A stretch of DNA of 64,000 nucleotides from an uncultured Acidobacteriaceae bacterium (GTDB lineage: Bacteria > Acidobacteriota > Terriglobia > Terriglobales > Acidobacteriaceae), in the NCBI GenBank assembly GCA_963777005.1, contig CAVZPC010000008.1, positions 1,781-65,780 on the forward strand, written 5' to 3'. A model generated the notes under the pieces. The model did no database searches. It was not told the DNA's origin and saw only the letters and a list, made by a program, of their open reading frames with translations. Both the position numbers and the translations under genes were made by a program. Shown piece after piece: positions 20,695 to 29,586 of the stretch (the stretch's first letter is position 1; each line of letters opens with the position of its first letter).

Positions 20695-23600
20695 ATGATT
20701 AGTGTGCGTCGGAGGAAAAGCGTAATGGGAAATGGCCGTGAGGGGTTGATGGGGAAGACTTCGGGAAGCAGTCAGCAGCGGGTCCGGATCGCGGGAGCGG
20801 TTGTGGTTTTGCTTTTGGCAGCCTGCGGGATACTGGGCTCGGGCTTCCGCCACAGCTCTCAGAAAACGTCGGCAAATGTTCCGGTCTCTCCGATTTCAGC
20901 TGCTCTCGGCAAGGCTCATGCGAACGCGAAGCCGGATGCTCGCGCCCTCCTCAACCAGCTCCCGATGATCTTCGAACCCAACCAGGGCCAGGCCCCTTCT
21001 GGTGTGAAATTCGTTTCGCGAGGGTCGGGATACAGTCTCTACCTGGACCCGACTGGAGCGGTGTTGGCCATGCAAACGGCGATGCCTGCGCTGCACGGTC
21101 ACAGTGGCCTCCGTCGGAGAGTGCAGTCGGTGCGCATGAAGCTGGTCGGTGCTGGTCCGGCGACGACGGTTGCAGGAAGCGTACCGCTCCCCGGCAAAAG
21201 CAATTACTTCATCGGCAATGATCCGAAGAAGTGGCATACCGGCATTCCGCAGTTTGCCGGGGTTCACTATCAGAACGTTTATCCGGGAATCGATCTGGTC
21301 TTCTATGGCAGCCAGGGCCACCTGGAATACGACTTCAAAGTGGCACCCGGTGCGGACGCGTCGCAAACCGAGTTGCAGTTTGACGGCGTAAGTGAACTGC
21401 AATTGACCGGCGGAGATTTGATTCTCAAGGGCGCGGGCGCCGATGTGCGCTTGCAGGCTCCGCGGGTGTACCAAAGTGTTGCTGGCCGGCAGCAGCCAGT
21501 TGAAGGGCACTTCGTTCTCCGGGCGGGCAATCGAATCGGCTTTGAGATTGGCGCGTATGATCGCACACGCGAACTGGTGATCGATCCAACCATCAGCTAC
21601 TCCACTTACTTTGGCGGCGCGAACGGCGCTGAAACCTCTCCGTCGATCGCGGTGAACGGTAACGTGATCTACATCGCAGGATCTACCACTTCCAACGATC
21701 TTCCGCTCCCAACCAGCGTGACGCCCTACCAAGCCACTCTGAACGGAGCACAGAACGTTTTCATCGCGGAGCTTAGCCCGACACTGGGCGTTGGTGGGTT
21801 GGTCGCTATGACTTACCTCGGCGGGAACGGAACCGACACCATCGCCGGCAACCCCGGAGTTGGTGACTCTGCAGGGCTGGCAGTGGATAATGTGGGAAAT
21901 GCCTACGTCGGCGGCACAACCACTTCGACGAACTTTCCCACGATCAACGGATACCAGAGCGGGCCTGAAGCCGGTAGCACGGGAACTTCCCACGTATTCG
22001 TCAGTCTGTTGAATCCCACCCTTTCGGGACTCATTTATTCGACTTATCTTTCGGGTAATGGCACGGATGCGGCGAGTGCTTTGGCCATTGACAACAATGG
22101 GGACGCTTTTGTGCTGGGCACCACGAGTTCCACCGATGTGGCTACCGGCTTTCCCGCCACCTTGCTGCCTCCGGCGTATCAGAAATCGTCCTTGGCGAGC
22201 CAGCAGTTCTTTGTAACCGAAATCAATACCAAAACCATCGGGACGGGAAGCCTGGCTTACTCGACATATTTCGGCGGTGGAAATCCCAGCACGGGCGCTG
22301 TAGTGGTTGGCGGGGGCATCGCGGTCGACACTACAGGAAACGTCTACTTCAGCGGCACCACGAATTTCTTCAACAGCGGCGAAGGCACCAATGGCCAAGG
22401 TGGGCTGACGACGGGAGATTTTCCCATCACGAACGCCTACCAGCCTTGCCTCAACACACCTCCTCCAGTCACGATCAGCTATCCTGTCAGTTGCGGAACA
22501 ACTACCGCAGCGACTGATGCTTTTGTGGCAAAGCTGAATCCGAACAATGCCCAGACCGGCGCCACGCAACTGCTTTTTTCCACCTACTTCGGTGGTGCCA
22601 ACAACGATTCCTCCACCGGCCTTACGATTGATACCACTGCGTCGGCCATCTACATAACCGGCGCAACCAACACCGGATCGACCAGCTCGACGGGCTTCAA
22701 CATTCCCACCGGAGCCGGAGAGTTTCAGCCCTGCCTGAATGCTCCCGGGGTAACGTTGGCGGCATGTACGGCTCCCAACACCACGTTTACCGATGCTTAT
22801 GTGGCCAAGTTCACGAATCCCACCGAGACCTCCGGATCAACCACCACCAATGCAGTGGGTCTCAGCTATTTTTCTTACCTTGGGGGATCCGGAAACGATA
22901 GCGGTTTGGCGGTTGCGGTCGATACCGGGGCGGGAGCGCTGGTGACCGGCGAGACTAATTCAACAGATTTCCCGGCCTCGACGGGAGCAATCCAGACTAC
23001 ACTCAAAGGCACGCAGAACGCTTTCTTTGCGCACATTGATACGACCACTTTGTCGGGTACGAACACGGTTGGCTCGTACGCCACTTATTTCGGCGGAAGC
23101 GGGGTGGATCGCGGCACCAGCATCACGGTGGATCAGGCCCTCAATACTTATTTTGCCGGTGATACGACTTCTACGAATTTGCAGGTGCAAGGAGCGTTTC
23201 AACCGACCTTCCAGGGGACCACCATGGACGCGTTCGCGGTGATGCTGCGCCCCGTGAACAGTTTGTGTATTACCTGCGTGGCGCCCGTGTACTCTCCGGG
23301 CTCGCAAGTGGTGGGCGCGGGCAATCCGATTTCAATCACTTTTACTGTCACGAACGAAGGGCCGGACCTGGCCACGAACATTACCGTGGGCGCACAGCTT
23401 TCCACCGGCATATCGGCTACTTTTACCAGCGCTTCTGGCGGGGCGGGTAGTATTTGCAGCCTTCCCACCGGTACGACAGCGGCTTGCCTGATTCCCGTTC
23501 TGCAGTCGGGTTCGATCGCGACCGTGGCATTTTCTGTAACCCCGACTACGGCTGGGACTGGTTCGATTACGGTGACGGCCACGAACGCGAACAACACGAA

Positions 23601-24153
23601 TCCGATCGTCACCACAACGGCCTCGTTCACAGCTACCAATTTTTCCATCGCGATCAATCCTTCCAGCCAGACCGTGGTTGCGGGCAACACCGCAACCTAC
23701 TTCCTGCAGGTCAATCCGGCCATCACGTTTGGAAACAACGTGTCGCTGACTTGCGGTTCTACCCCGGTAGGTGCAAGTTGCGGATTCACTCCCGCTACTC
23801 TTATGTTCAATGGCCCGGGTGCCCAATCGAGCACGCTCAACCTGACGACAACGGCCCGACCTCCCTCCGTGATCAGTTCTCTTCAGTGGGGAGGGCGATT
23901 TTACGCTCTCTGGCTCATGGTTCCGGGGATGGCCGTGGTCGGATTGGGAGGCAAGAAACGCCGACGGAATCGCCTTCTCGGCCTGCTTGTGATTCTGGCA
24001 CTATTCTCATTCATCGTCCCGTTGCCGGCTTGCAGCAAGGCGAAGCAACAGCCAGTCGTGACCGGAACTCCTGCGGGCACATATTCGCTCACGGTGACGG
24101 CGACTTCGGGCTCCTACACGCAGACCGTCGGGTTCAGTTTGACGGTGCAGTAG
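20695..24153 (+). CDS. Giant cell-surface protein: N-terminal beta-rich domain, seven SBBP beta-propeller repeats, DUF11/Ig-like domains and a C-terminal membrane hairpin
   Basis: 1152-aa ORF with a signal/anchor (AGAVVVLLLAACG). It has seven repeats of the form STYFGG...D.A.GIAVD..GN.Y..G.T.S..FP. A CITC... TNEGPDLATN segment is DUF11-like, and FSIAINPSSQTVVAGNTATY is Ig-like. The start could be 20725 or 20749. Confidence 0.85.
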   Translation: MISVRRRKSVMGNGREGLMGKTSGSSQQRVRIAGAVVVLLLAACGILGSGFRHSSQKTSANVPVSPISAALGKAHANAKPDARALLNQLPMIFEPNQGQAPSGVKFVSRGSGYSLYLDPTGAVLAMQTAMPALHGHSGLRRRVQSVRMKLVGAGPATTVAGSVPLPGKSNYFIGNDPKKWHTGIPQFAGVHYQNVYPGIDLVFYGSQGHLEYDFKVAPGADASQTELQFDGVSELQLTGGDLILKGAGADVRLQAPRVYQSVAGRQQPVEGHFVLRAGNRIGFEIGAYDRTRELVIDPTISYSTYFGGANGAETSPSIAVNGNVIYIAGSTTSNDLPLPTSVTPYQATLNGAQNVFIAELSPTLGVGGLVAMTYLGGNGTDTIAGNPGVGDSAGLAVDNVGNAYVGGTTTSTNFPTINGYQSGPEAGSTGTSHVFVSLLNPTLSGLIYSTYLSGNGTDAASALAIDNNGDAFVLGTTSSTDVATGFPATLLPPAYQKSSLASQQFFVTEINTKTIGTGSLAYSTYFGGGNPSTGAVVVGGGIAVDTTGNVYFSGTTNFFNSGEGTNGQGGLTTGDFPITNAYQPCLNTPPPVTISYPVSCGTTTAATDAFVAKLNPNNAQTGATQLLFSTYFGGANNDSSTGLTIDTTASAIYITGATNTGSTSSTGFNIPTGAGEFQPCLNAPGVTLAACTAPNTTFTDAYVAKFTNPTETSGSTTTNAVGLSYFSYLGGSGNDSGLAVAVDTGAGALVTGETNSTDFPASTGAIQTTLKGTQNAFFAHIDTTTLSGTNTVGSYATYFGGSGVDRGTSITVDQALNTYFAGDTTSTNLQVQGAFQPTFQGTTMDAFAVMLRPVNSLCITCVAPVYSPGSQVVGAGNPISITFTVTNEGPDLATNITVGAQLSTGISATFTSASGGAGSICSLPTGTTAACLIPVLQSGSIATVAFSVTPTTAGTGSITVTATNANNTNPIVTTTASFTATNFSIAINPSSQTVVAGNTATYFLQVNPAITFGNNVSLTCGSTPVGASCGFTPATLMFNGPGAQSSTLNLTTTARPPSVISSLQWGGRFYALWLMVPGMAVVGLGGKKRRRNRLLGLLVILALFSFIVPLPACSKAKQQPVVTGTPAGTYSLTVTATSGSYTQTVGFSLTVQ

Positions 24154-24224
24154 AGCAGAAAAGAGTTTTTCGGACGGGGCAGTGTTCTGCCAGACCTTTC
24201 TTTGGGTGAGAGTGTTGGCGAAGA

Positions 24225-25631
24225 TCAGGCGCCAGCTGAGAGTTTGTGGTGGCTCTTGGCTTCGGCAATTCCGTATTGCCGAATCTTATAAAGCAAAGCC
24301 TTGTAGCTGATCTGAAGAAGCCCGGCGGCCTGTTTACGATTCCAGTTGGTTTGCTCGAGAGCCTGCCGGATGGCTTCGCCCTCGGCTTCGTCCTTGGCGG
24401 TGCGGGCCAGCGACTTTAATCCGCCACCTGCTTCTTTTACGGCTGGATCTGAGCCTCCAGCGCCTCCATTGCCGTCATGGCGCGGCTGCAATTCCGTGGC
24501 GGCTAAATTCTCGTCCCCCAGGATCAAGTATCGCTTCAGAAAATTGTTCAACTCCCGCAAGTTGCCGGGCCAGGAATATCTCTGGCACGCCTCCAGCAAA
24601 GGCGGCGAGAGTGGAAGCTGAGGCCGGGCATACTGTTCTGCCATATGCGTCATGAAATGCTTTAAGAGGATCGGAATTTCTTCCTTGCGATCCCGTAGCG
24701 GGGGCAATTGCAAGGTGAACGCGTTCAGCCGGTAGTAAAGATCTTCTCGCAGCCGCTTAGTGGCGAGTGCCTGAGGAATGTCGATGTTGGTGGCCGCCAG
24801 AATGCGCACGTCGACTTTGATCACAGAACGGCTTCCCAACCGAGAGAATTGCTGGTCCTGCAATACGTGCAACAATTTGGCTTGCAGGGCTGGCGGCATC
24901 TCGCCAATTTCATCCAGCAGAATCGTGCCCTTGTTGCAGAGCTCAAACTTGCCGGGCTTGGCGTGCGTCGCACCGGTGAAGGCGCCGGGCTCGTAGCCGA
25001 ACAATTCGCTCTCCAGCAGGTCCGCGGGAACGGCAGCGCAGTTGACCTTCAAGAAAGTTCGATGCGCCCGCGGTGAGAGCTTGTGAATCAGGCGGGCGAG
25101 CACTTCCTTGCCGGTGCCACTCTCGCCCAGCAGCAATACCGGAATATCGACATGGGCGACCAGCGCCGCTTGCGAGCGTATTTTTCGCATGGCAGGACTA
25201 GCGGCGACGAAAAATACATCGTCGGCAACTTCCTCGACTTCGCCACCCACCGGACCTTTTCCGTGACCAAGGCACTGATGAATCACCGCATCGAGTTCTG
25301 ACTTCTGAAAGGGTTTGGTCAGGTAGTCGTGTGCGCCCAGTTTCATGGCTTGCACGACCTTGCGCGTGTCGCTGACGCAGGAAAGCATCACCACCTTGGC
25401 GCCGGGACGCTTCTGGCGAAGCTGTTCCAGAGTCTCCAAGCCGTCGATACCGGGCATGAGCACGTCGAGCAGAACCAGATCCGGCTCCATGCCTTTTTCC
25501 ACACGCTGCAATGCCTCTTCACCCGTCGAAGCCGTTTCTACTTTGTAGTCGTCGACTTCGAGCAGCGTCCGGATATAGCGGAGCATGGCGGGCTCATCAT
25601 CGACCAGAAGAATCTTAGCAGTATCGCTCAT
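24225..25631 (-). CDS. Sigma54-dependent response regulator (REC - AAA+ - Fis HTH, NtrC family)
   Basis: REC domain (ILLVDDEP...LLDVLMPG), Walker A (GESGTGKE), GAFTGA motif and a C-terminal HTH (NRKQAAGLLQISYKALLYKIRQYG). Confidence 0.9.
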   Translation of the reverse strand: MSDTAKILLVDDEPAMLRYIRTLLEVDDYKVETASTGEEALQRVEKGMEPDLVLLDVLMPGIDGLETLEQLRQKRPGAKVVMLSCVSDTRKVVQAMKLGAHDYLTKPFQKSELDAVIHQCLGHGKGPVGGEVEEVADDVFFVAASPAMRKIRSQAALVAHVDIPVLLLGESGTGKEVLARLIHKLSPRAHRTFLKVNCAAVPADLLESELFGYEPGAFTGATHAKPGKFELCNKGTILLDEIGEMPPALQAKLLHVLQDQQFSRLGSRSVIKVDVRILAATNIDIPQALATKRLREDLYYRLNAFTLQLPPLRDRKEEIPILLKHFMTHMAEQYARPQLPLSPPLLEACQRYSWPGNLRELNNFLKRYLILGDENLAATELQPRHDGNGGAGGSDPAVKEAGGGLKSLARTAKDEAEGEAIRQALEQTNWNRKQAAGLLQISYKALLYKIRQYGIAEAKSHHKLSAGA

Positions 25632-26560
25632 CGACCCTTTCCTTTAACGGCGGGTGTGGAGGATGGTTTGAAGGGAATGAGAAATGAGAACTTGCAGCCA
25701 GCGCCGGGATCGCTTTCCAGCCAGACTTTTCCACCCATGCCCTGGACCAGGCGGCGGACGATCGCGAGACCCAGGCCCATGCCTTCCTGATTGTCATTGT
25801 TTGGCAGGCGGAAGAAATCATCGAAGACTTCCTGATGAAACTCCGCCGGAATTCCGGGACCGGTGTCGGATACGCTGACTTTCACGGAATTGGGTTGAGA
25901 ATTCATCTGCCGGCGCCGTTCGCCGGTGGAGGCTGGCTGAGCAGCAGCGCGGCGCTCCCACATATAGGGCTCGGCGTGCAACCAAACCGTGCCGCCTTGA
26001 GGAACGAACTTGAAGGAATTCTCCAACAAATTCGAAATGACGCGCTCCAGCTTCGGAAGATCAAACTCGAATTCCGGCAGTTTGTCATTGGCCAGAAAAT
26101 AAAGCGCTAATCCTTTTCCTTGAAATCGCGTCGACCACAGACGGCAGACCTCGGAGAGGCACTCGTTGATGTTGCCGACGGCAAACTGCATCTTCAGTCC
26201 GCCCGTCTCCAAGGCGCTGTAAGTGAGGAAATCCTGAATGAACTGCTGCAGCCGTTTACCGCTCGCCTCCATGTCGTGGAGCACTTCTCGCTGCCGCTCG
26301 CTGATCGGTCCCAGTTTTTCGCTCTGCAGCAATTCGACGTATCCATTCAGAATCGCGAGAGGTGTTTTGAGATCGTGAGCGGCCGATCCAAGGGCGTTCG
26401 TGGTGCGTTGAAATCGCTGTTGCAGTTCGGAATAGGCCTGTGGGAGATCCGCCGAGCTAGGCATTCCCGACCCGGAAGCCGAACGAGTCGACTCGTTCAC
26501 TCTTCCTTTGCCAGCCTCGGGAGCGCACACATTCTTTTGCACGGTGACCATAAGGGGCAC
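25628..26560 (-). CDS. Soluble histidine kinase (HisKA + HATPase_c only, no TM or sensor domain)
   Basis: H-box (AAHDLKTPLAIL), N box (NLLENSFKF) and G boxes (DTGPGI, GMGLGLAI). There is a 4-nt ATGA overlap with the response regulator gene. Confidence 0.85.
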   Translation of the reverse strand: MPLMVTVQKNVCAPEAGKGRVNESTRSASGSGMPSSADLPQAYSELQQRFQRTTNALGSAAHDLKTPLAILNGYVELLQSEKLGPISERQREVLHDMEASGKRLQQFIQDFLTYSALETGGLKMQFAVGNINECLSEVCRLWSTRFQGKGLALYFLANDKLPEFEFDLPKLERVISNLLENSFKFVPQGGTVWLHAEPYMWERRAAAQPASTGERRRQMNSQPNSVKVSVSDTGPGIPAEFHQEVFDDFFRLPNNDNQEGMGLGLAIVRRLVQGMGGKVWLESDPGAGCKFSFLIPFKPSSTPAVKGKGR

Positions 26561-26863
26561 GGCGGTCTAGCACAGAGGGAGGATAACGGAGCGAATGATC
26601 TGAATCTATTAAGAAAATCGTAAGCTAGGTTACTTTTCATTGTCAACGAAAAATGCAACCTGATTACCCAAGAGTAGCAAAACCTTGCACTATACAAGGG
26701 TGGTGCGGAGACGCTTGCCATCCGAGGAAGTGAAGGGGCGCAAGGCTCGAAGCTGATGGAAACACAGTACTTTGCTTGGTTGTCGCGGTCCGGGGCGGGG
26801 ATAAGGGTGGTTTCATCGGGTTTCATAGGACTCGCTTCCTCAATGATCCGGTTAACCCCTAAT

Positions 26864-26880
26864 TTGGCCCCAAAGCTGCT
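26864..26880 (+). promoter_or_regulatory. Candidate sigma54 -24/-12 promoter (TTGGCCCCAAAGCTGCT)
   Basis: GG at 26866-67 and GC at 26878-79 have the exact N10 spacing. The element lies 39 nt upstream of the PilZ gene start. This rests on the motif only. Confidence 0.35.
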
Positions 26881-26918
26881 CCCTATTCTGGCGTAAATCG
26901 GATAAAGAAGGGGCGTGA

Positions 26919-27299
26919 GTGATCGCAAAGACTCCCATGGCAGAGCGCCGGCGGTGGCCGCGCTTGCCTCTGGCCATACCCGTCTTTGTCAGGATCCAGC
27001 TGGAGGAAGATAAGGAGTATTTGGAGTTCGCCACTGCCCTGAATGTATCTGCGGGCGGCATGTTGGTGGCGGTGCGACGTTCCCTCCCCGCGACGGCGGA
27101 AGTTTCCCTCGAAATTCCCAGCGCACCTTTAGCTGCTCAATCCGCTCTGCCGACGGCCTCGCGCACCTTGCGTGCCAAGGTATTGCGAACCGAGCATGCC
27201 GAAGCCTACAACCTGGTTGGCGTGAAGTTCTTCCGGCCACTGGTGAGCGACCGCGTCCCGATCAAAGTACTCCGAAGGAAACAGGCTTCCATGGTATAA
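26919..27299 (+). CDS. Stand-alone PilZ-domain protein
   Basis: RRRWPR and NVSAGG motifs. The ORF has a GTG start at 26919; an alternative ATG lies at 26937. Confidence 0.75.
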   Translation: MIAKTPMAERRRWPRLPLAIPVFVRIQLEEDKEYLEFATALNVSAGGMLVAVRRSLPATAEVSLEIPSAPLAAQSALPTASRTLRAKVLRTEHAEAYNLVGVKFFRPLVSDRVPIKVLRRKQASMV

Positions 27300-27461
27300 G
27301 GTTTTGGTATGGAGAGGCTTTTCTTTTATTGCCCATTCCGCTAACCTGTACATAACTCCCCCACCGGTTATTAGACATCTCCTCCGAATAATCTTTAGTA
27401 AGTTGCTTTTCATCAATTACATAGGCTAGCGTTTACACTGAAGCAGCCCGCTCCTTCGTGT

Positions 27462-27479
27462 TTGGTTCTCCGGATGCAC
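27462..27479 (+). promoter_or_regulatory. Candidate sigma54 -24/-12 promoter (TTTGGTTCTCCGGATGCA)
   Basis: GG at 27464-65 and GC at 27476-77 have N10 spacing. The element lies 41 nt upstream of the activator ATG. This rests on the motif only. Confidence 0.35.
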
Positions 27480-27517
27480 GCGCTCCGTAGCCTGTGCCGG
27501 AGAGCCGATAAAGCCTT

Positions 27518-28585
27518 ATGAGCACTTCACATCTAGTCAGTTCCCTGGTGCAGCCTCTGGGAGAAATGCCTCCCGAGTCGATTGTTTTTGGGAACACCGA
27601 GGCCATGCGGGCTTTGCGTGAACGGCTTGACAAATTGGCCAGCGCAAATGTTCCAGTGCTGATCGAGGGAGAGAGTGGCACTGGCAAGGACATCATCGCA
27701 CGCATGATCCACGCTGCTTCCCCGTGGAAGACTGGCCCGTGGGTGAAGGTGAATTGCCCGGCGATACCTGGAACGCTGCTCGAGAGCGAGCTCTTTGGCT
27801 ACGAAAAAGGGGCTTTCACTGGTGCCTTCGGCACAAAGCCTGGCCGCGTGGAGATGGCTCACCGTGGCACTTTGTTCCTGGATGAAATCTCCGAACTCGA
27901 CATGAGTCTGCAGTCGAAACTGCTGCAGTTGCTGCAGGACGGACAGTTCTGCCGCATCGGCGCGCAGGAAGACAAGAAAGTTGAAGTCCGCGTGGTGTGC
28001 GCCACCAATCGAAAGCTGGAAGAGGAAATCGCCAACGGCACGTTTCGCGCGGATCTCTTCTATCGCATCAACGTCGTAAATCTTCACATGCCGCCGTTGC
28101 GCGAGCGGGCTTCCGATCTGCCGGATCTCATTGCTTATTTTCTCGATCGCTATAACCGGAAATTCAACTCGCGTGCTAAACCGCTCTCTACCGAGTTGAT
28201 GAACTCACTCAAGAAGTATCATTGGCCAGGGAACGTTCGCGAGTTGGAGAACCTGATCAAGCGCTACGTGATCCTGGGCACCGAGGAGGCGATCTCCGGC
28301 GACTTGCGGCCGCACCAGCCGGATTTCTTCAGTGCAGATATCGCCGTCGATGGGCCGATCTCGCTGAAGAAGATTACTCGCCAGGCTGTGCATGAATTAG
28401 AACGCAAGATTATCCTGAGGGTGCTACAGCATCATCATTGGAATCGGAAACAGGCGGCTCGAGCGCTCAACATCAGCTATCGAGCGCTGCTATATAAAAT
28501 CCGCGACGCCGGTCTGCCTTCGAACCGTACCGCTCGCCGTCCTAAGGAAGACCCGGATGAGCAGGACGTCGTCGTTCTGGATTAA
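27518..28585 (+). CDS. Sigma54 enhancer-binding protein without an N-terminal regulatory domain (PspF-like architecture)
   Basis: 355 aa. Walker A (GESGTGKD) lies about 50 residues from the start. GAFTGA and Walker B (LFLDEI) are present, with a C-terminal HTH (NRKQAARALNISYRALLYKIRDAG). Confidence 0.9.
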   Translation: MSTSHLVSSLVQPLGEMPPESIVFGNTEAMRALRERLDKLASANVPVLIEGESGTGKDIIARMIHAASPWKTGPWVKVNCPAIPGTLLESELFGYEKGAFTGAFGTKPGRVEMAHRGTLFLDEISELDMSLQSKLLQLLQDGQFCRIGAQEDKKVEVRVVCATNRKLEEEIANGTFRADLFYRINVVNLHMPPLRERASDLPDLIAYFLDRYNRKFNSRAKPLSTELMNSLKKYHWPGNVRELENLIKRYVILGTEEAISGDLRPHQPDFFSADIAVDGPISLKKITRQAVHELERKIILRVLQHHHWNRKQAARALNISYRALLYKIRDAGLPSNRTARRPKEDPDEQDVVVLD

Positions 28586-28596
28586 GTCCTCGGGTT

Positions 28597-28980
28597 CTAG
28601 ATTAGGCCTTGGCGGATTTTCGAAAGAAATTCATCGGCATCGGCGCGCGCCTTCTCAATGAGCTTTGCATTGCCACCCGATTCCGTAGCGACTTCGTGCA
28701 GCACAAGTTCCACCGCATCCTTCGGCTTGAAACCCCGCATAATCAAAATTCGCGCGCGGTTTGCGAAAGCGCTCCCGGTATCCGGTTTCTTGTTCGCCGC
28801 AGGAACGCTCACTTCAGCTGCGCACTGATGCTCGCGAAATTTCGCTGCGGCGAGGCGGTCATATGCTGCCATAGCTTCTTCCTCTCCACTTAACAGCGTC
28901 GGTACCGCGAATCGCCATCCACAGTTTGAACACGACCAGCCGGCCGCATCACCCTCGATCCAGATCAAAGAGCGTTCCAT
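28597..28980 (-). CDS. Hypothetical protein with an N-terminal W.CS.C.W motif
   Basis: 127-aa ORF starting 42 nt downstream of the PilZ gene stop on the same strand, so probably co-transcribed. No recognisable domain. Confidence 0.6.
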   Translation of the reverse strand: MERSLIWIEGDAAGWSCSNCGWRFAVPTLLSGEEEAMAAYDRLAAAKFREHQCAAEVSVPAANKKPDTGSAFANRARILIMRGFKPKDAVELVLHEVATESGGNAKLIEKARADADEFLSKIRQGLI

Positions 28981-29022
28981 ATCGCAACCTCATCGCGTTT
29001 CGCAAGGAAGGCGGGGTGGCGT

Positions 29023-29373
29023 TCACTGCAGGAGTTGCAGCGTCTTGCATAACTGAGTGATCGTGTCTCGCTGGTAAGCGGTCGGATTCATAAATTCCAC
29101 TCCATAACTGAAACCGCTGCGGTTTCTAACCAATCCGCGAATCGCCATCACTCGTGAGTTGTAAGGCAGGGAAAACTCCATCAGAACGATGATGCCCGGC
29201 TCAAGATCGCGCGGCATGAACAGTCGCAGGCCGCCTTGGCTTACATCGCTGGCTTCTCCGTGGAAGCAGAGCGTTTCACCGTTCGTATTCAGAGTAATCT
29301 TGACACGAATCTTAACCTGGTAGCGGTCCCAGCGCCGCTGCTGCGGCCGTGTTGTCTCCATCGGTCCCATCAC
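29023..29373 (-). CDS. Stand-alone PilZ-domain protein
   Basis: RRWDR and DVSQGG motifs in a 116-aa ORF. Confidence 0.75.
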   Translation of the reverse strand: MMGPMETTRPQQRRWDRYQVKIRVKITLNTNGETLCFHGEASDVSQGGLRLFMPRDLEPGIIVLMEFSLPYNSRVMAIRGLVRNRSGFSYGVEFMNPTAYQRDTITQLCKTLQLLQ

Positions 29374-29586
29374 CTGTACTTCGCAAAGAACGTGTACGCG
29401 ATGTAGTTATTCTCAACAAGCGGGAGAAATCAGCAATCCGGTTTACGCAATTGGCTCCGCGTGTTATTGGTCTCCAAGGTACACAGTCGGATGGATAAAT
29501 CATAGTGAATCGTTTCACTAACAAAATTGCTCTTGAACTCCGCCATCCCGGAAGATAAGGTACATGGAACCGTACGACGAGGGGCG

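Noticed and set aside
20896-22569. 557-aa ORF antisense to the giant surface-protein gene. Similar long antisense ORFs occur at 43748..45238 (496 aa, opposite the M48 gene), 59600..60925 (441 aa, opposite slt), 35870..36763 and 35880..36710 (opposite the permease and Clp_N genes), 886..1698 (opposite proA), 6189..7097 (opposite thiC) and 14463..15248.
   Set aside because: Their translations are rich in Arg, Gly, His and Pro and contain no motifs. Each lies entirely opposite a gene with clear family signatures. Long spurious antisense frames are expected at this GC content.
26653-26670. A minus-strand GG-N10-GC match (GGGTAATCAGGTTGCAT) about 95 nt upstream of the histidine kinase gene, as a possible sigma54 promoter.
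   Set aside because: The -12 half is good, but the -24 half matches only at GG. Bare GG-N10-GC spacing is expected by chance at about this frequency. The evidence is too weak to list as a feature.
26497-26928. A 143-aa minus-strand ORF filling the kinase/PilZ intergenic region. The ORFs inside 20036..20663 and 63548..63790 are similar cases.
   Set aside because: They have no RBS, odd composition and no motifs, and they overlap regions that look regulatory. I treat them as non-coding.
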